Part shown: in pieces, positions 62,153 to 64,000 of the stretch
How positions within the stretch are numbered: position 1 is the first letter of the stretch
How the letters are laid out: each line of letters begins with the position of its first letter
Assembly (NCBI RefSeq): GCF_011386835.1
Contig: NC_088803.1
Location: 44,950,001 to 45,014,000 of the forward strand
Direction of reading: 5' to 3'
Source of the DNA: Chrysemys picta bellii
Taxonomy: Eukaryota
DNA: 64,000 nt
Program-made: the position numbers and the translations under genes
The notes under the pieces: generated by a model
Databases searched by the model: none
Told to the model about the DNA's origin: nothing
What the model saw: the letters and a program-made list of their open reading frames with translations, nothing else

Positions 62153-63191
62153 CTGTTGAAAAAATAAATCACCAGTCATTTTGTTGCATTAAAATAAGGT
62201 AGAGTAAATTTATCAATAACTGATTTACTGCGCACATCCACACCCAATTTAGAACTTTAGGGGCCAGATTTGGACCCACTAGAATCAGAGCTGTTTTGAA
62301 GATCTTGCCCGAGGTAGGATGTCAGCTTTGTGGCCTAGGTGTGGGGAAAGTAGATTAGCTTCTGTCTCCATCCTAGGAAGTGCTTTACTTACCCAGCAAT
62401 TAACCTTCTGACCAATTAAGGCCCAAACTTTCAAAATTGTGTATGCAAGCTGCGTGACTCCGTGCATATAGTTTCTTAAGTTTCAGTCTAAAGGAGTAGT
62501 TTTGATTAGGGACTAGACATAACTCCTGAAGCCAGAGATCTAGATTAGGTCAAACAGAAGCTACATGAGGGGTTGGGCTACAGAGTCAAAAACATTCTCT
62601 TAGTGCTTCATGAAAGACAAGAGGCACTTATATGGCTCCATGACAGTAATATTACAGACTATAGTCTGTGTCGCAAGAATCTTCGGAAAAAAATAAATAT
62701 TCTAATATCTAAGAAAAGCCATATGCACTGTTTTGCTTTCTTTCCTCAAAGTGCCAGTCAAGGTGTAGAGATAGCCAGCCTTGAAGGAGAGCTTCTCTCA
62801 GCTGTTGGTCCTGGGGCTACTGACAAACCTCTCTGCTCATGCTGTCTCAGGGACCATGTAGTGGAAGCAAAGCAGGACACAAGGACTATACTTTTCATGC
62901 CTTTGTAGAGGCCAGGAGGATTCATTTCAGTGTTCAAGGGACCACACAACCTTGAACCAATCCTGCTCCTCCTTGCTCACCATCAGTGGTGTCACAATCC
63001 AATGATTGTCCACAGTTCATTTCTTTGGAGACAATTATGTGGCATCAGTGAATCAAGATGAGAGGATTAGGATATTAGACAGATTTTTACCCAAATGTTG
63101 TCAGTGGAGGAGCTGTAAATACAGGATAGTCAAATAGAGACTGAGTCCATATAGTAGTGGTCTTACAATTGAAAAGAGGAGTCAGACTCAC

Positions 63192-63340
63192 CTGAGTGAC
63201 GGAGCATGCACGGACCAGCCAAAGTCTGCTAACTTCAGTTCCCCTTTAAGTCCTAGCAGGAGGTTTTCAGGCTTGATATCTCGGTGGATCACTTTCTGAG
63301 CATGGCAGTATATCAGAGCATCAGATATTTCTTCTACATA
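63192..63340 (-). CDS. Aurora-like kinase exon (HRD and DFG motifs)
   Basis: 149 nt, AG/GT bounded; [49 protein letters not shown](R). Confidence 0.95.
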
Positions 63341-63817
63341 CTGCAGAATGTGCCACACCCAAGAGAATTATACAGTCAAACACAGTTTATGTAGTGGTTT
63401 TCTATAGGAAATATGACTTAGCCATTTAGTAAGTTAAATACAAACCTTGTTGTGGCTCAGCAGTGAGTGATTTGGTTTGATATTTACCATGTTTGTTTGG
63501 ATATTGCTTGTAAGAGTTGCGTAGAAAGCTAATGATAGTACTATATAAAACCAGGGATGGATGTACTGAACCTTTGAAGATTAGAAAGAAGCCTTGCCAC
63601 ATCTTGGCAATTCCTGGCTCTATCCAGGAACTGGAACGTTGGCAGTCACGCGAGACACTTTGTGAGCAAGATATTTCCAACTAGTTTTACTTAGGCAAGA
63701 TGATTTGTTCTGCATACAAACCCAGAGTGTATGCCTACAGTGCATACATTATAGTAGTTCCAAGATGAGATTCCATTCCCCTTCACAAAACATAAGCAGC
63801 ATCAACGCTTTACTCAC

Positions 63818-63956
63818 CGTGGCAGTTCTAGTCTCCTCAAAATGCTCATGTTTTTGCAACTCTTTGTACAGCTCCCCTCCTGGAGCATATTCCAACATCA
63901 GGTAGATCCGTGTTCTGTCGTGAAAGTAGTTATAAAATCTCAAAATATTTGGATGC
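63818..63956 (-). CDS. Aurora-like kinase exon (hinge); upstream exons lie outside the window
   Basis: 139 nt, AG/GT bounded; [46 protein letters not shown]. Confidence 0.95.
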
Positions 63957-64000
63957 CTAAAAAAGCCAGAAAGGACACGTTTGGTAGCTGAAAATCAAAC

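Overview
Vertebrate genomic DNA, almost certainly from a turtle (inferred from tRNA-derived SINEs with CR1 tails and the MITE families present), syntenic with human 20q13.32. Four known genes can be fully reconstructed with canonical GT-AG exons: CTSZ (- strand, 6 exons, 304 aa), TUBB1 (+, 4 exons, 453 aa), ATP5F1E (-, 51 aa plus a non-coding last exon) and PRELID3B (-, 6 exons, 194 aa). The last four exons of a divergent Aurora B/C-type kinase (-) enter from the right edge. Two candidate genes not explained by the known synteny stand out. (1) A 4-exon + strand unit between CTSZ and TUBB1 (15117-16532) which, after restoring one base in an A5 run, encodes a 186-aa protein with a signal peptide, 10 Cys and four predicted helices, cytokine-like in character. 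(2) A - strand 273-codon Ser/Leu/Asp decapeptide-repeat exon (37126-37986) between ATP5F1E and PRELID3B, with synonymous-codon evidence of coding constraint and an upstream RIKR furin-type site that is one base out of frame. The rest is a rich transposon landscape: hAT, Tigger and Harbinger MITEs with target-site duplications, a solo LTR, SINEs, a CR1 fragment, and palindromic Penelope-like remnants carrying partial hammerhead motifs. All calls were made by eye; no database search or structure prediction was run.
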